DNA of 63,912 bases, counting the filler, from Octopus bimaculoides (Eukaryota), in NCBI RefSeq assembly GCF_001194135.2. It is 5 parts of 4 records of this genome, joined end to end, with 100 filler letters (N's around TTAATTAATTAA, not from the genome) between each part and the next. Parts side by side here need not be neighbours in the genome. Positions count along the whole stretch, not along the records: positions 12,315 to 35,438 come from NC_069003.1; positions 35,539 to 53,555 come from NC_068989.1; 3 more parts are not named here. One strand, written 5' to 3'. The position numbers were made by a program, and so were the translations under genes. This document shows, piece after piece, positions 24,037 through 37,565 of the stretch; within the stretch, counting starts at the first letter, position 1, and each line of letters opens with the position of its first letter. Below the pieces are notes generated by a model. It searched no databases and was not told where the DNA came from. It saw only the letters and a list, made by a program, of their open reading frames with translations.

Positions 24037-25560
24037 TATAAAACTGCTTGTTTGTTTGTCTGTTGTTACCAATGCACTCAAAAACCAGTTAACCAATCAT
24101 GTTCAAACTTGGCATTGTTGCGTCCTTAGACTCAGATATAGGTTGTCCTCAAATTTGGACCTGTATTGGGGACAGGAGATAGTCCTCTTTCAATGTAGTT
24201 TTGGTTTTTGATGAAAAATAAATGGACGTTAATGTAGTGTGTGTGTGTATGACATGCTGTTGATAGTGTGTTAGCAGACGTGTTCACCCCTTTCTCTCAT
24301 TAATCAACCTGTCCTCTTGTTCTGTAACTACTGTCCTCTTGTTCTGCAAGGGAAGATCAATAATAAATTAATAACTAATTCTAATGAAAAATAATTCATT
24401 TTGGCCATGTGACTTTAAATTATGCTGCCCGTTTTTTTTTGTTTTGTTTTTTGCATGGAGTAGTTGCGAGTGAACTCATAGCAGTTAGTTGGTGTCAGGC
24501 AGTTGATATAACAGTTGGTATCGGACAGTTGATATGGCAGTCTAAAGGCCATTCATGGCAAGTTTGAACGTGATTCATTAACTGGTTTTCGAGTGCCTTG
24601 AAGTAATATTATTTTCATTTAGTGAAAAGTTTTGTATAGAAATGTTACATGTGCTACACCTTGAAGCAATCATATTTTCATTTTGTGAGGTGAAGTTTTG
24701 TACAGAAGAATTTTAAATTTGTAAATAATGACATTGGAAACTGCTAACAAAAAACGCTTCCGAAGAATAGACCTTTATTTAGAAGAAAGTCGCATAAAGC
24801 TAGGGCAATGCAGATACAAAAGGAGAATGAAAGTGAAGAGCAGCAACAAGAAACACTCCAAAAACAAGGAAAAAGAATAGTGGAATATAGGCAAAATGAA
24901 TCAACAGAACTAAGATCAAAAAGACTTGCTGATGATAGGATAATGAAAGCAACTATTCATCAACAGGAATCAGCTGTACAAAAATCATCAAGACAGCAAA
25001 TGGAGAGAAATAGAGCAGCTCAAAATCGGCATTGAAGCTTAGACAACTCAAAGGCTATGTTAACAAAGGGCAAGAACAGAAGATTTATGATTTTAAAATG
25101 CTGTTGAGTAGAACTTTATAGCTTTTAGTTACAATCCACATCAAGACTATACCTCAGAACCTTTAGTCCAGATTTCTTCGATGAACAAGCTTTGTCAAAA
25201 CTGTTGTGCTAAAAAATGGAAAGTTGAATCACCTCGATTGTGCTGTTTAAATGGAAAGATCAAGTTTAAATTATTATCTGAACCACCAGAACCCTTCAGG
25301 GAACTACTAATTGTTACATCTACTAATCGAGAGATTTTCTTCGAAATATACAACAATGCATTCCAAATGACATCATTTGACACCATGAAGGTGACCTTTT
25401 GCCCATTTTAAAGATCCAATGGCACGTGTACCAAAAAATTGGGCCTCTTTCACCACTTTCAGAAGAAGAACCAAAATATTTACAATTGTATTTCATTGGT
25501 GATATGAAAACCCAAGCACAGACGAGATATGAAAGGAATAAAGAAACAAAGTATGAAACA
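24037..25560 (+). mobile_element. Helitron 5' fragment (N-terminal part of Rep-helicase)
   Basis: MNKLCQNCCAKKWKVESPRLCCLNGKIK..PPEP..YNNAFQMTSF..KIQWHVYQKIGPL..EEPKYLQLYFIGD matches the Helitron N-terminal Zn-finger block; tataaaac/tgtttgtctg start resembles Helitron 5' ends. Confidence 0.85.
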
Positions 25561-26089
25561 GGATTTCAGGGAAGCATGCTGTTCCTTCATTTCAACCATC
25601 GCAAAAATTGACAAACAGGGGAGAAGTACTGCAAAACAAAGACGCACCACATGGCAATATGACTACATTGGAAGATGCTGGTCGGCAGACTGGTGCCTGA
25701 GGGTCGTATCATGTGACTTCTTGCAGCAGAAGCCTGAACTAGAACCGGCTTGTCCCACAGAGAACATTTCTGATTACTTTTGGGCACCTCTCTTATATAT
25801 ATTACATATCCAATATAGGTAGAATAAACAAATATGTCCTCCCTCCAGTGAGAAATAGATCTCAATTTAATACACATTATGAAAGAGCTACTTATAGTTT
25901 TGTGCTTTACAATACTTTAAGTTGGCAGATTGATAAAACACACCATTTATCTCCAAGTAATCTTTTAAGTTCTGTTCATATGTTAGATGTATTTAAAAAC
26001 CAGGATGCTGGACTGTAAAAAAATGAGTAAAAATAAGAAGGAAAAACTAAAGGTTGATGCAAAAAGTGGAATGAAAAGAAACAAAGAAA

Positions 26090-26415
26090 AGTAAGAAAAC
26101 CAAGATTGTAGGAACCATAATTAATTGAACTTATAATACTTTGAGAGGATAGACTTCATAATTCTTACCAGCTAAAGGAAATAAATATCAGGACTTAGAC
26201 AATGAGGTCATTGTCAAAGGGTGGCACACAGTCTCATTTCCTATTGAAGTTGGCAGTTGTGGCTTTCCAGCAGGGTTGGCATCTATTTCCTGCAGAAGAT
26301 TGGTCTAAAACCCAAACAACTGAAGAAAGCCATCAAGGAAATAGGCACAGCTGCTGAAACAAACTCAAAGTGGTTATGGTTGATAAGAGACCACAAGTGG
26401 ATTTCTACCACAGGT
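26090..26415 (+). mobile_element. NeSL/HERO-like (R2 superfamily) LINE 3' fragment with restriction-like endonuclease
   Basis: KYQDLDNEVIVKGWHTVSFPIEVGSCGFPAG and KKAIKEIGTAAETNSKWLWLIR. Confidence 0.75.
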
Positions 26416-26549
26416 AAAGACTAATTCAGCCCTTACTGCTCCACTCAAGTAAAGTATACAAGCTAAGGGTGAAATGCTTGCGATCCTGAGATACCTGCTG
26501 ATGATACAGAAGGGTTTCCAGCTTTGCAATGGATTTGGAAGAACTTGCA

Positions 26550-26693
<144 letters not shown>

Positions 26694-27658
26694 CATTACA
26701 ACTTATTCCAAACATTTATACATTTAAATATTTGTTAGAGATAAAATAAATTCAAATAAAATGAATATTGATTGTTAAAAAATCAAACTTTATTTTCAGA
26801 AATTGATTCACAATAATTAGTTATAGACACTGATGCACAAAGATAATCATATCGGAATTTGTTTATTTGTATGTTTTGACCTTCCATGCTGCAATTGTTT
26901 ACTTTTTTTTTTTTTTCATTAAAATAAATATAATAATTAAAGTTGGAATAGCTCAGTGGGTGGGGTATCAGACAAAGCACCTCATAGTTTGTGAGTTAAT
27001 ACCTCTTTGGGGAGGTGTTTCATTGTATTTTTGGGGTGAGGTATTTGATATTATATTCTGCTCACCTCAATTTGTCTGACTGTGATAGATTAGAATCTTA
27101 TCCTGGGATAGATGTCTCATCTCTGCTTCCCATTGCAAAATGCAAGAACTAATGAGCACAGGTTCTCAAAAATCACCCAACCACTATCAACAGTTATTCA
27201 ATCACCATGAGTGTAGGTAATCCCAAATGAATGTAATATTGCTATAAGATGCAGCGTGATGTAACCACTGCACCCACAGCAAAAACAAACTATCTAGAAG
27301 AGAAGAATAACGAAGAGAGCAACAGAGAGGAGAGGACACCTGCCTACGACACATACACATGCATGCATACACTTACAAAATGACCGGCTTCAGCTGAGAA
27401 ATTTTCTGTGTCTTGCAAGGCAAACCTTTTAGCCTTCAGGTGTCAGCCTCAATTATTAAAGTTCTCAGTTGTCTCTTAAGACAATTGAAAAAATTCTAGG
27501 TCAATTACAACAGATGTCTTGTACAAGTGGCACATCTCAACACTTACAAAGTCCTACCCCCATCTCATATGGTTTGCAGAATGATGGTGGATATTAAATA
27601 TTTAAAAATAAACATTAGACAACATTTAGAGAGAGAAAGAGAGACAGACAGACAGAGT

Positions 27659-27692
<34 letters not shown>

Positions 27693-28102
27693 TAAAGATA
27701 AAAGAAAAAATGATCATATTATGTATCAGTCAAACAGCTTCCTTCTGGTTACTTCAGCTACATGTGTGTGTGTGTGTATTTATATATATGCATATGTGTG
27801 TGTGCATATATCTATGCTTATATATATATATACTCACATGTATATACATACACATACACTTTGTTATACATTTTCATACACTGCCAAACTTTGCATTTAC
27901 TGTATATAGCTACAAATTGTGTTGTACAAGCAATTTGCTCCATGCATACCAAATGCAGAATCAACTTTATGCACACAATATATGAATAAAATGGACAAAA
28001 TCAGTAATGTATAAGCTGTCTGAATAAGCTTGTGTGTCCAGGTATGCATGTTAATACCGAACAGTGAAAATGAGTACTCAACACTGCATTGATGAATAAA
28101 TA

Positions 28103-28297
28103 TTCTTTATTTGTGGTTAAATGAGACAACTAATGATTTCATGTGCAGAAATCTTCACAATTGTTCAAGTGAACCACATGGAAGTGCTGGTGCTCATCTA
28201 CCCAAAATGGAGACAAATACTAACACTTCTATGTGGTACACTTGAAAAATTGTGAAGATCTTTTCACATAAAACTGTTGGTTGCCACAAATAAAGAA
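28103..28297. mobile_element. Short MITE
   Basis: TIR ttctttatttgtgg / ccacaaataaagaa, with inner inverted pair tcttcacaatt / aattgtgaaga. Confidence 0.7.
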
Positions 28298-28499
28298 AAA
28301 ATTACATATATACATATACATATATCATCATCATCATATATTGCATATATATATATATTATCAAGGCAAGTCAAAAGTTTTGCCATATTTGCATTCAAGC
28401 TAGTTTGTGGCATGCATATCACATGACCGTAGCAGTTCAAGCCATAGAAGATACCTGCTGAGGGTGGTAGTATCATAATAGTTGGTGCACTGCCATGTT

Positions 28500-29160
28500 A
28501 TGCATTGCTTTATGCTGTATGTGATTTGAAAAACCACACAGATGAATTTGCAATGCAGTCCAATTCAAGAGCATGTATTTTATGAGTTCAAACTGGGTCA
28601 TAATGTTGCAGAAGCAACCAAAAGCATTTGTTGTGTAAAAGGTGAAGGAGCAGTTGACCACAGTACAGTAACCAGATGGTTCGAGAAATTTCCCTTGTGT
28701 TGCAAGGTGGGCCTAAAATTGTGAATTCTAAGGCTGTGCTCCAAGCCATAGAAGAAAATCCAGTGAGTAGCACTCAGAAAGTATCAGGCAAGTTCAGGAT
28801 CTCATGGATGTATGCCATTGTGTGGCAAAAATATCTGCCATTGGCTAACAGACAGAAGGCTCTTCTGCAGCAAGACAGCACAAGACCTCATCCACTCAAA
28901 TGACCCAGAATAAACTGCAAGAATATGAGGGAATTGAATTGATGCCACACTCAACATACAGTTCAGACCTAGCTCCCTTAGATTATTACTTGTTCCTATC
29001 CATAGCTCGCTTCCTTGGTGAAGGAGTTCTTTGCCTCAAAGGGCAAGAACTGATATCAAAATGAGATCAAAGAACTGGCAGAAAGGTGGCTTTAGACAGT
29101 GCAACACGATAGCCTCTATTATGAATGCTAGGTTTCTTCTGTTGTAACTAAATGAATGAA
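28500..29160 (+). mobile_element. Mariner relic
   Basis: FYEFKLGHNVAEATKSICCVKGEGAVDHSTVTRWF, LLQQDSTRPH and PHSTYSSDLAPLDYYLF. Confidence 0.8.
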
Positions 29161-30792
29161 GCAAATAAGTTATCAAAATATTGAAAAATGTTTAGCTCAA
29201 CACAATACATGTGTGTGTGTATATATATATGTATGTGTTGTGTGTGTGTATATATATATATGTATGTGTTGTGTGTGTGTGTGTGTGTTTGTGTGTGTAT
29301 TCTGTGTCAAAGCTGGTTAGCATAACGATGTCTGCAAGAGCAAAACAACCAGAGATTCAAACTGTTCACTTTTACACAAAAAGAATCAAGTCACAATTCA
29401 CTGTTACAATTATAAATTTAATGATTTAAAAAATACACACATATACAAACATATATACACACACAATCATACATACATGCACACATTTGATTATTGGTTC
29501 CTCTCAACAGCTATTTCATAAAGATAAACACCATAAAATGTTAATTGCATAATTATGTTACATCATTAATTTATTTAAATTAAATAATATTATGTATTAC
29601 ATTTTTGCAATTATGGAATTAATGATGTTTATCTTAATAAAACAGCTGTTGAACACAAAGTAAAAACTATATATAAAATTTATGCATTTATGTTATATAT
29701 GTCTATGTAAATATATATTGATAGTAATTTTGAGTGTGCGTGCGGGAGTGCCTATATATGTATGTGTGTGTATATATATATGTGTATGTATATATATATG
29801 TATTTATATGTATATACATACATACACACAAATATGCATGTGTACATATATTTGCATAGTTATATATATACATACAGTAACATTAAAACAGACACATACA
29901 TTCACTCACATATAGATACATACACATTATCATGCATATATGAACATACAGAGAAAATGAAAAGTTTTCTTATGAAACAAAGCCAGAAGGCAGCTGTAAT
30001 GATTTGAGGGGATCAGAAAGAAGTAGACTGAAATCATGTAGAACAGAAAAAGGGGCTTACACACAGTCAAAACAATGTCAATCAGGTATATTGATTGATT
30101 CTTTCGGGACTAGCACCGGGATATCAATCAGAGAAGGTTAGTCAAAATAAGGTTGAAGGAGGAAACAGAAGTTGCAAATTTGTCTCTCTTAGCAGCATTC
30201 TTCAAATGGTGAACATCATGATGCTTTTACCATTTTAGGTTTATGTAATGAAATTTTTATAATTATAGTGTTAGGAATGAGACATTTTAACCATTTAATG
30301 ACACAAAAAAACCATTCGATTTATCTCTAATATATTTCATGAGGTGTCACAATATTTTCATCACACAACCACAATTTCATTAAGGACCTTGTGTGTGTGT
30401 TGTAATGTTGGTCTTTATGTCAAGTTGTAATAAAATCACTTTTTCATTACTTTTTGTAGGGTACCTATTTATTATTTTTTAACAAGAATAGTATTGACAG
30501 TAACTTTGAAGTTTCAGGCTCATCACAGATGGCTCATCACAGATGGCTCATCAGGCCAAAACTTTGAATTCACTCTCAGTAATATATATATATATATATA
30601 TATATATATCTTAATCAAAGTATACATTACAACCAATCTTACTTACCAAACAGTTCTGCACAGGCTACCAGGCAAGGTAATCAGATGATTATCTAATAAC
30701 TGTGCTTACCAGCATTGGAAGGTATATGGAGAAAAAAAATGACTATTCTTAGATGGCTACATGTTTACACACACACTCACAAACACACACTT

Positions 30793-31960
30793 ACAAGGTG
30801 TCCATAAATTATCTTTATGACTTCCACAATTTATCATATCTATTAAAGTTGAGATCTATCAATGAGCTTCTTTCTATGGTGTAAATAAATATTATTAAAA
30901 TTTTAATTTATGTACTGTGTTTTGATATCTAAATCACTTTGATTTATCTTTAAATGTATTTATTATAATCCCTGACTTTTAATGAAATTGACAACACAAG
31001 AGAGAGCACAATGTGTATCCAGACATTCAAGTACAGTGGAATTACCGTACAAAGAATGGAAAAGAACCAGTAACTCATGTAGGCATTTATGCCTGGCATA
31101 AAAGGTTTATGGAAACAGAAGTGTCTTACAAAAAAAAAGGGGGGGGGCTGGGGGCTGGGTGATGGAGGACATCTGTGGAAGATGTTGAGTGAATTTCATC
31201 GAAGCCCATTCATGCTGCATGTAGACAATTAAGTTTACTACAGTCAAAACTTTACAGTTTTGCACAAGAAAATGAGGGTTTTATGCTTATAAAGTACAAC
31301 TTTTGTGAGCACTACAGCCAGATGACAAACCCCAAAGGATACAATTTGCAGTGGACATGATAACTTGATTAGATAAAGATGGAGGCTTCCTTTGAAAGAT
31401 TTGTTCCGGTGAGAAAGCAACATTTCATGTATCAGGAATGATAAATAAGCACAGCATCTGGAGAACTGGAAAGAAACAATCCAGCAGTCAATGTCTGGTG
31501 CGGCCTTTTGTTAGGCTGAGTGATTGGCCCATTTTTCTTAGCAGAAGAAACAAATATTTACAACACTTAAAAGAAATTGTTGTACTGAAGTTGCACCACT
31601 TACAACCAACAGTTATTTTCCAACAATATGGTGCACTGTTCCATTGGGGATTGAGTGTTTGAGAGCATTTTTAAAGAAGCTTCCCCCCACCAGCACAATG
31701 GGAGAGGTGGTCCAGTTCTCTGGTCACCTAAGGTATCAGATATAACCCCTCTAGACTCCTTTATATGGGGCTACATTAAAGATAGAGTATATTGCACAAA
31801 AGTTCAAGACCTCAATGATCTGAAAGAGAAAATGTGCCAAACCATATCCAACATTGATGAAGGGATGCTCCAATGCACTTGGTCAGCAATTGAGCATTGT
31901 CTAGATGTGTTGCATGCAACCACTGGATCCTATTGGAAGTGTTCTGGATTTTCTTTGTTT
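30793..31960 (+). mobile_element. Tc1/mariner-superfamily relic (maT/rosa-type DDxD)
   Basis: Starts acaaggtgtccataaa; FQQYGA..H and GRGGPVLWSPKVSDITPLDSFIWGYIKDRVY..DLNDLK motifs. Confidence 0.8.
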
Positions 31961-32436
31961 ACCTATGTTTTGCCATAAATTCTGCTGAGTTTACCTTTTT
32001 TTTCTGAATTCTTTAAAGTATAAAGGTAATTAATGGACAGCTTGTATGTCAGAACAAAACAAATTGAAGAAAGAAAAAGTAAAGTAGAGCAGAGGAAGAA
32101 TAAGGGAAGTGGAATTGGGAAAAAGACAAGAAAAGTTGTAAAAGACAAACAAGAGATGAGAGACAGGCTGCAAATGAGAGACCGACACAAATGGATTTGA
32201 CTGGATGTCAGCTACAAAGTCTGATCAGTGATACAACTTCATTATCTCCCTTTGTTGAATTAGTAAGATTTATAGGAATTTTGGTGGGAAAACTGCTGCC
32301 AAAGTTACACAAATGCTACAGAGAGCAAACACCATATTCTGGAAAGATAAAAGAGAGAGAATATGAAAAAGTTGAAACATTTAATAGAAATGTAAATGTT
32401 GATATACATACATGCATATGAATTTATATGTGTGTA

Positions 32437-33510
32437 TCATCATCATCATTGTTTAACGTCCACTTTCCATGCTGGCATGGGTTGAACGGTATGACATGGA
32501 GCTGGCCAGCAGTGAGCTGTCCAGACTCCAGTTGTCTGTTGAGGTATGGTTTCTATGGTTGGATACCCTTCCCTATGCCAACCACTTAAAAGAGTGTGTT
32601 GGGTGCTTTTTATGTGCCACCGACACAAGTGGCACGGATTCTTTTTATGTGAAAGGCCAAGCCTGTATATGTGGAAAACAGCGATTTTACTTAGCTTGAT
32701 GTGTTTTATCAAGTACAGCAAATTGTCACATCTCCCGGTCTCTTGTCATTTCCTCAGCAAGGCCCAGCGTCCATTGATCTCATCTCCAAAGATCTCATCA
32801 CTCTGTCTCACATCTTCCGGGGTTTACCCCTTCTGTTGGTACCTTCCACAATTAGAGATCATCACTTCTTTGTGCAGCTAGCCTCATCCATATGCAGCAC
32901 ATGACCAAACCAGCGCAGTCTTCTCACACACAACATCTGAAGCCTCTTATACCTAGTTTTCCTCTTATTTCATTTATATTCTGTCATGCATGCACTCTAA
33001 CATTACCCATCCAGCAGAGTATGCTAACTTCATTTCTTTCAAGCTGTCGTAAGTCTTCTGTAGTCAAAGCTCACATTTCACTACTATGTAACATAGCTGT
33101 ACAATTTGCCTTTCATTCTGAGGGAGAACAAGGTTTCCAGTATAGAGGAGCTCCCAGGGACAGAGGTCTTGAATTCTTCTGTTAAGGCCTGGAGGACTAA
33201 GATAAACAGAAGTGGGTTGAGAATTGAGCCTTGGTGGACTCCTACTTGGTGGACTCATTGCTATACTCATTACCGACCTTCGCCTTACTGGCAGCATCTC
33301 TGTACATGGCTTGTGCAGCTCTCACTAACCACTCATCTATCCTTAGCTTCTGCATTGACCACCAGATAAGAGAGCAGAGGACCCTGTCAAAGGCTTTCTC
33401 TCATGTTGACAAAAGCCAGGTACAGAAGTTTAATTTTAGCTAAATATTTCTCCTGCAGTTGCCTAATAACGAATATGGCATCAGTCGTTCTTCTGAACTG
33501 CATCCCATCT
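32437..33510 (-). mobile_element. Deleted RTE LINE with 3' UTR
   Basis: TTDAIFVIRQLQEKYLAK and CPWELLY; (GAT)n tail and UTR homologous to 21805-22400. Confidence 0.85.
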
Positions 33511-34704
33511 ACTATATATATGAGTGAACAAACAAAAGGGCACTCAACACATTTATTGGGAGTTATATCAAACTGTTTTGATCCATCCATATATGTATAA
33601 AAAGAAGAAAATGGAGAGTAAATGGATGTAATTACTAATTTATTTGTATGTTACAAAAAGATGACATTTAAAAAAAAATAACACTACAAATAAATTGATT
33701 AGAAGTTGAAAGCTCAAAGAAAAATAAATTAAGATAAGAAAGAAAAAAGAACCTACATATATGTTTCAGTCCTATCATCTAGTTGATGGGATGACCTGAT
33801 ATATTCAATGTAAATCAATTTTTCTTATTTGAATTAATTGGGCATGGAAACAATTGTAGGTTTTATGAGTTTGACATTATTTGAGTTTGGATATGCACTA
33901 TGTATGGTCCTTCACTTTGTAAATAATACTATTGATTAGTTCATCAAGAACAGTCCTTAATATTTATTTGGTTTGTATTATTGTTTTCTATTGATTCACT
34001 AAATTCTCCTTGCTATATTATACAAATAACAATCGTTATTTAAGTAACTTCAAATCTGGTTACCCCTAAAAAATGAGTAAATTTGATTTCCATTACTATA
34101 GCCTAAATATATATCTATGGGGTACTTTGGTTATTGCATTTACAGACTTAAATTAATCTTTGTTATGGAATTCTCCCCATGATAAACTAAGTAAACAAGG
34201 AAATTTTTTATTAGGTTTCTATTCATATCTATTATGGAATTATCCCTCCAATAAACAATAAATATAGAAGATCATTATTAGTTAATTTAAACAATAATTT
34301 TTTTGTATCAATTAATTTAAATAAATAGAAGAGTTGTTACTTAATTATATGCATATATATATACACACACACCTATCTTATTTTTGTATGTTGTGGTGAT
34401 GAGGGACTCTCTTGGACACGAATGGATTTTGATTGATATGTGTTTGAGATGTAATGAAGTGAATTTCGATGGTTGTGGATTACGCTTGGTTGTATTGTCT
34501 GTTAGACTGCTTTTGTTGTTTTTTTAATTGTAATTGATGTATGACTGAATAGTTAACACTCACACTCTGTTATATAATATTATGTTATATTATATTCATA
34601 GTATATTATCTAATATCATAATATAAATAAATTATTAGACTGTCAATAGTATCTCTCTATTTAATTTATCATTGTAATTGTATTATACCCATATTTATAT
34701 AGTA

Positions 34705-35437
34705 CTAGCAGAGATACCTGGCGTTGCCCGTGTTACATGCAATTGAAGAATGAGAATTTTGTGTTATATTTTCTGTAAGGAACTGGAATACATATGATTC
34801 GAATTTCATGAAAATTGCACATGAGGGTTCTTTCCCTCTTTACATACCCTAAAAAATTCTAATCATGAGACATGTATCCCATACTATTGATCTTTATGCG
34901 CATATTCCAAAATTTCAGTCTTCTGGAACCTGTAAAAAGGATTTTGCTCCTGAAAAATGGAGCTCATGGAGCTCTAAAATGTAGGAATGAAGGCCCCTAT
35001 GTGGGTGTGTTAATGTCAACCAGAGAAGTTGAATTGTTAGGAATGTTTTTAACTTGGGTCTTATAGTATACTTGTATATACGTGAGAGTATAGTCACACT
35101 TTAATAGTTTCAGTATGAAATTGAAAGTATTAAAGTGAAAGTATTTGAAATTACAGTAGCGACATGTTACTGTTTCACTTTTGACAGGTAATACTGAAAT
35201 AGTGAAATAGTTTCTGACATCACAGTAGAGTGATGTTATTGTTTCACTTTTGACACGTAATACTGAAATAGTGGAGAAGATATGATATTACTGTGGACTC
35301 GAACTATGCAAGAAGTTAAAAATTTTTTTGGCCTAAGACACTACATGGACCCTAAAAGGATTTTGCTCCTGAAAAATGGAGCTCATGGAGCTGAAAAATG
35401 TGGGAGTTAAGGCCCCTATTGGGGGTGGGTGTATTAA
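34705..35437 (-). mobile_element. Non-autonomous Helitron-like element, 3' end
   Basis: Minus strand ends with decayed hairpin cacgggcaacgccagg, then tatctctgCTAG|t; internal duplicated blocks near 34940/35355 and 35160/35230. Confidence 0.65.
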
Positions 35438-35538
35438 TNNNNNNNNNNNNNNNNNNNNNNNNNNNNNNNNNNNNNNNNNNNNTTAATTAATTAANNNNNN
35501 NNNNNNNNNNNNNNNNNNNNNNNNNNNNNNNNNNNNNN

Positions 35539-35795
35539 TCCCGGACGGCAGAGCTGTTGTAGAGCTTGGCGACACTCGCGGTGCCAATCGCCCAGTTTCG
35601 GTCTCTTCCTGATCCATGTTTGCAGTTCGGTGAGTGAGACGAGCTGCGGGAAGGCGTGCCTCACAAACGGCGCCCACACCTGTTCACCGTCGTCAATGAA
35701 GTTCCAGAGATGCCGCAGTCTCAGCGCATGTCTGCGCATCATTAACCACGGCATCCCCAGTCCTCCACGTAACGGTTGTTGACAGATATGTTCCT
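35539..35795 (-). mobile_element. Tx1/L1-like LINE fragment (post-RT region), GC-rich
   Basis: CQQPLRGGLGMPWLMMRRHALRLRHLW..WAPFV contains the GGLG(M/L)P motif of L1/Tx1 ORF2. Confidence 0.7.
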
Positions 35796-37565
35796 TCCAT
35801 TCATAGCAAAATACATAAATATATTAACATTGTATTCCTTTCTTAGATCTTGCTTTTTTTTTTTTTTTGCTTTCGCTCTTAATTGCCATTACAGCCGTAA
35901 GTACCTCTTTTAAAGGACTCGTTCCATTCGTTAATAAGACGTGAAGGCCTTCGTCTATAATTCAATACCAGTGAGTATATGTTTGAAAATCCACAAGTAT
36001 ACATACCGTAGTAAAAATATACACACTTGGTTACACACATATATTTCTATACTTATTCAAGTTAAGTAAATTTTAGAAAGCTTAGCTTTTGCTTTTATTT
36101 ATTTAGTTATTCTTTTGGCTTCAAAAAGTTCTAATGACTTTTTACTCCCACTTAAGTTTAATCGCAGAAATGTTGTTATAAATCAGTTTACTGATTTTAT
36201 GTAATTTCTCATTAAATCAGTAAACTCTGAGAAATACCGTCAAAATAACATCATCAATTTCTCATTAACTTTTTAATCATAATCCACAAAGTACAGCAAC
36301 AAAGTTTTTTTTAATTGTAATAAACATTTTTAATCTCAAAAATAACAAAAGAAATGTTCATTTTGAAACGCATCAATCACTAGAAAATATATATATCTTA
36401 TTTTACAGTGAAACATTTTACTAATCTTATCAAAATCTTCACACGTCTCATTAATCTAGCTACGTAACTACTTTGAACACCATCGATGTGGAGAAATGCT
36501 GTAACAATATCGAAATGAAACCTCTGATGAATAAATAATAAAAGAATAAATAATAAATTGCTCTGTATGAAATTAAAATGTAAACAAGAGGCAAAGAGAG
36601 AAAATAAACGCTAAAAATGAAATGAATAAACACAGAATACTGAGAGAATTAATTCATCGTGTAATAAGAATGCTGAGAAATTAGTCATATCGGTAATGAA
36701 TATATGATTATTTAGTTTAGGCAATACAATAATAGGAATATCCTGCACATGTCAGGAATTCTCTTAGGCTTTGCGATACTAATTAACAGTGGTGAGAACG
36801 GAATGCTCTTAGGGTTTAGACTAATGCGTCAGGTGAGTATAGGGAGTTATATCAATTATTTCAATGACGAAACAGAAGTTACGAATTCACTTTCGTTTCT
36901 TACATATGTATTCTTTATAAGAAACATTGCACTCAAGTTGAGTGACTCCCAGGAAGCTATTAGATCTTGCACGCACCTGTGTTGTAAGTAGTTTGTTTCC
37001 CCAACAACAAGGATGCAGCTTCAGTTTCTTTGCGTGTAACCGTAGGTAATTATCTTCTACTATACCCTGGATAGATCAAAACCGTATCAATGAATTTGGT
37101 ACACATAAACAGAAAGAAGCCGTCATACATTACGTGTGTGTATGTGTGTACGCACGAGTAGGTGTGTTTTTGTATGTATGTGTGTGTGTGTTCATATGTG
37201 TCTTTATATATCTCTGTTGTAAGTCTTTGTGCTTTTGGTTGTCCTCCACTACTACTTGTCAACTAGAGTTGATTTGTTTCCATCTCTGTAGATTATCGGC
37301 TCGGTAAAGAGACCAACAGAATAAGTACAGCCTTTAGAAAAAAGCAAGTGCTGCGATCGATTCGTTCACTTACATCTCTTTAGGGCGGTTCCCCATCATT
37401 GCCACATTCACCAAAATATAACGACTAAAAGAATAAAAGAATAACATATAATATCTATCTATCGATCTATCTATTATATATTTTTTATTTATCGCTCTCA
37501 TTCTCTCGCTCTCCCTATATATGTATGCATGTATGTATGTATGTATGTATGTATGTATGTATGTA

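Noticed and set aside
26295-26412. Exon-like AG...CAG|GTAAAG segment
   Set aside because: The peptide is the HERO/NeSL endonuclease tail, continuous with upstream LINE sequence
34405-34450. gtgatgag-ggac-tctctt-ggac-acgaat hammerhead-like trace
   Set aside because: Too many core and stem mismatches to support
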